Shown here: positions 51,446 to 53,695 of the stretch, piece by piece
Numbering within the stretch: position 1 is the stretch's first letter
How the letters are laid out: the number at the start of each line of letters is the position of its first letter
Position numbers and translations under genes: made by a program
Source of the DNA: Octopus bimaculoides
Lineage: Eukaryota
Direction of reading: 5' to 3'
NCBI RefSeq assembly: GCF_001194135.2
Contig: NC_068983.1
Coordinates: forward strand, 117,591,103 to 117,644,797
DNA: 53,695 nt
Notes under the pieces: model-generated
What the model was told of the DNA's origin: nothing
The model's database searches: none
What the model saw: the letters and a program-made list of their open reading frames with translations, nothing else

Positions 51446-51600
51446 GACGTGGCTATGTGGTAAGAACTTGCTTCCCAACAACGTGGTTTCGGGTTCAGTC
51501 CCACTGTTTGGCACCTTGGCCAAGTGTCTTCTACTATGGTTTCGGGCCGACCAAAGCCTTGTGAGTGGATATGGTAGACGGAAACTGAAAGCCTGTCGTA
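51446..51600 (+). mobile_element. tRNA-derived SINE with microsatellite tail
   Basis: gtggctatgtggtaag (A-box-like), gggttcagtcc (B-box-like), ggcaccttggccaagtgtcttctactat, ggtagacggaaactgaaag, then (TA/TG)n. Confidence 0.88.
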
Positions 51601-51774
51601 TATATGTATATGTTAGCATGTACGTGTCTATGTGTCTGGATGTTTTACGCTCTTGTCCCATTTTGTATTTTTCCTTTCCTGAGCGCCCAGTAACACAATA
51701 TCTGTATCACGTCCTTGCGTTGTTTTTTGTTGTCTTTTTGTCGTTTTTCTTTTTCGAACTTATATATATATATA

Positions 51775-51879
51775 TATTCTCCAGCGTTCGCTACTTTAAC
51801 ATCGTTCTGGTCTAACGACCCTCTATGCTTGTTTTCGTCCGGTTTCCTTGTATGCCTCTCTCTCTCCCTCTTTCTCCTT

Positions 51880-51916
<37 letters not shown>

Positions 51917-52781
51917 GTTGCTCACTCGTGACCATCGTCCATCTTTCTTTTCCTCACCTGATCATCTTTCTTTACTTTCAGGGCTGTTCTAGAGACTAGA
52001 CGTATCTTCTATCATCTCTCTTGTCAAAGGAAATATTTCTTCAGCGTTCGCTATTTTACCCTCGTTCTGGTCTAACGACACTCTATGTTAGTTTTCGTCC
52101 GGTTTCCTTGTATGTCTCCACTGTCCTGTTTATTCTCCCCCCCCCCTTCCATTAATCCCGAAAACAACTTTAACGCCCTATAAATCCCAAATTTTATTTC
52201 GTTACTTATGGGAGCAACTGTCTTCGAAGATTCATATTGTCGTTCAGTGCTCGAAATGAGTAGATAGACAGCCGACAAGTGATGAAGGGTCGTTCGTTAT
52301 GTTACTTGTCCTGTTTTTCATTTGTTTCTCTCGTTATTTGCTATTGAAATCATTTGTTTACGTATTTCATGTTGTTTACTGTTGGTGAGGTCCTGTACCC
52401 ATTTATGCATGTGTGTGTGTATGTTTTGTGTGCGTACGTGTGTATGTGTATGTGTGTGTGCATATAAATATATATACATATTATTTATATTATTTGATTG
52501 AACGCCACGCATCCATTTCCAAGTAAGTTTATCTTAATCTTTTTTATGCGACTCTACTCTATACTGTTTTCTCTTCCTATCGTTTTCTGTAATCCTTTCT
52601 CTAATTCCTTTTTCTCCCCTTCACCGTTTTCTATCTGTCTCTCGCGCTCCCCTCTTTCTCCTTTACTACCTCTCTCTCTCTCTCTCTCTCTCGTTGCTCT
52701 CACGTGACCATCATTCATCTTTCTTTACCTCACCTGATCTACTTTTATTTCAATGCTGTCCTAAAGACTGGACGTATCCTA

Positions 52782-52857
<76 letters not shown>

Positions 52858-53357
52858 ATCTTTTCTCTTGTCAAAGAAAATATTTCTCAGCGTTTGCTAT
52901 TTTACACTCGTTTTGGTCTAACGATCCTCCATGTTTGTTTTCATTCGGTTTCCTTCTATGTCTCCCTGTCCTGTTTTTGTTTCCAACTTTGACCCTCCAT
53001 AAATCCCAAATTTTATTTTGGTACTTATGAGAGCAGCTGTCTTCAAAGAGTCATATTGTCGTTCAATGCTCGAAATGAGGAGTAGATAGAGAGCCGACAA
53101 CTGGTGAAGTGTCGGTCTTTATATGTTACTTGTCCTGTTCTCGATTTCTTTCTCTCGTTGTTTGCGTACTGAAATCATTTGTTTACGTATTTCATGTTTA
53201 TTGTTGGTGACGTCCTGTACCCATATATGCACACGCACGCGCACCCACATATATATGTATATAGATAGATAGATAGATAGATAGATAGATGTGTACATAT
53301 ATTATTTATATTATTTGATTGAACGCCACGTATCTATTTCCGAGTAAGTTTATCTTG
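51775..53357 (+). repeat. Tandem array of an unclassified ~0.8-kb composite unit (partial 51775-51860; copies ~51915-52535 and ~52690-53357)
   Basis: Repeated blocks cagcgtt.gcta.ttta, ctggtctaacga, aaatcccaaattttattt, gctcgaaatgag and gattgaacgccacg.atc.atttcc.agtaagtttatctt, separated by microsatellites of variable length. Confidence 0.92.
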
Positions 53358-53695
53358 TATATATATATATATATATATATATAAAGGTTAAAGAGATGCA
53401 GGTGGGAGAAAAGAATTTGATCGAGCACATATGGTAAGAGCAAGTTCATTTTAAAGTAATGCTAGTTAGTTGAGATTTTCATTACACAAAGACACACATA
53501 CAAGCGCATATATTATGTAGGAGGGTATGTATGTAGTTGGGGAAATTTGTGTTCAAGTAATCTGTGAGTGAATAAATTGAATAGAAAAATATTAATAGAT
53601 TTTATCTTTACATTACAAATTTGTTGAAAACAAACCTGACTAAAGACCATCCATTTAGCATTCAGATGCATGAATCATACATATACATATATATA

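Overview
AT-rich eukaryotic genomic DNA from a gapped draft assembly, with many N runs, most of them flanked by microsatellites. It is most likely a coleoid cephalopod (Octopus-like); this is inferred from the tRNA-derived SINE types and the extreme microsatellite load. Most ORF-track entries are microsatellite or N artefacts. One host gene is well supported: two spliced minus-strand exons (48647-48257 and 47299-47108) join in frame to give a Ser/Thr-rich region followed by three C2H2 zinc fingers. The second exon has no ATG and is absent from the ORF track, and the first exon was not located. Mobile DNA includes a decayed Penelope-like retroelement (RT plus GIY-YIG) whose 3' end holds a tRNA-like A/B-box cassette and half of a hammerhead-ribozyme motif. 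It abuts an ORF with exact 23-aa STPR-like repeats, possibly a Helitron remnant. Also present are a mariner transposase fragment, a hAT-like MITE and many SINEs. Several foldback structures stand out: a ~470 bp palindrome, a ~470 bp element with long inverted arms, an ~80 nt hairpin whose two arms each carry a hammerhead-like core, and a 1.1 kb-spaced inverted pair. An unclassified ~0.8 kb tandem repeat lies near the end. All alignments and identities were done by eye, with no database searches.
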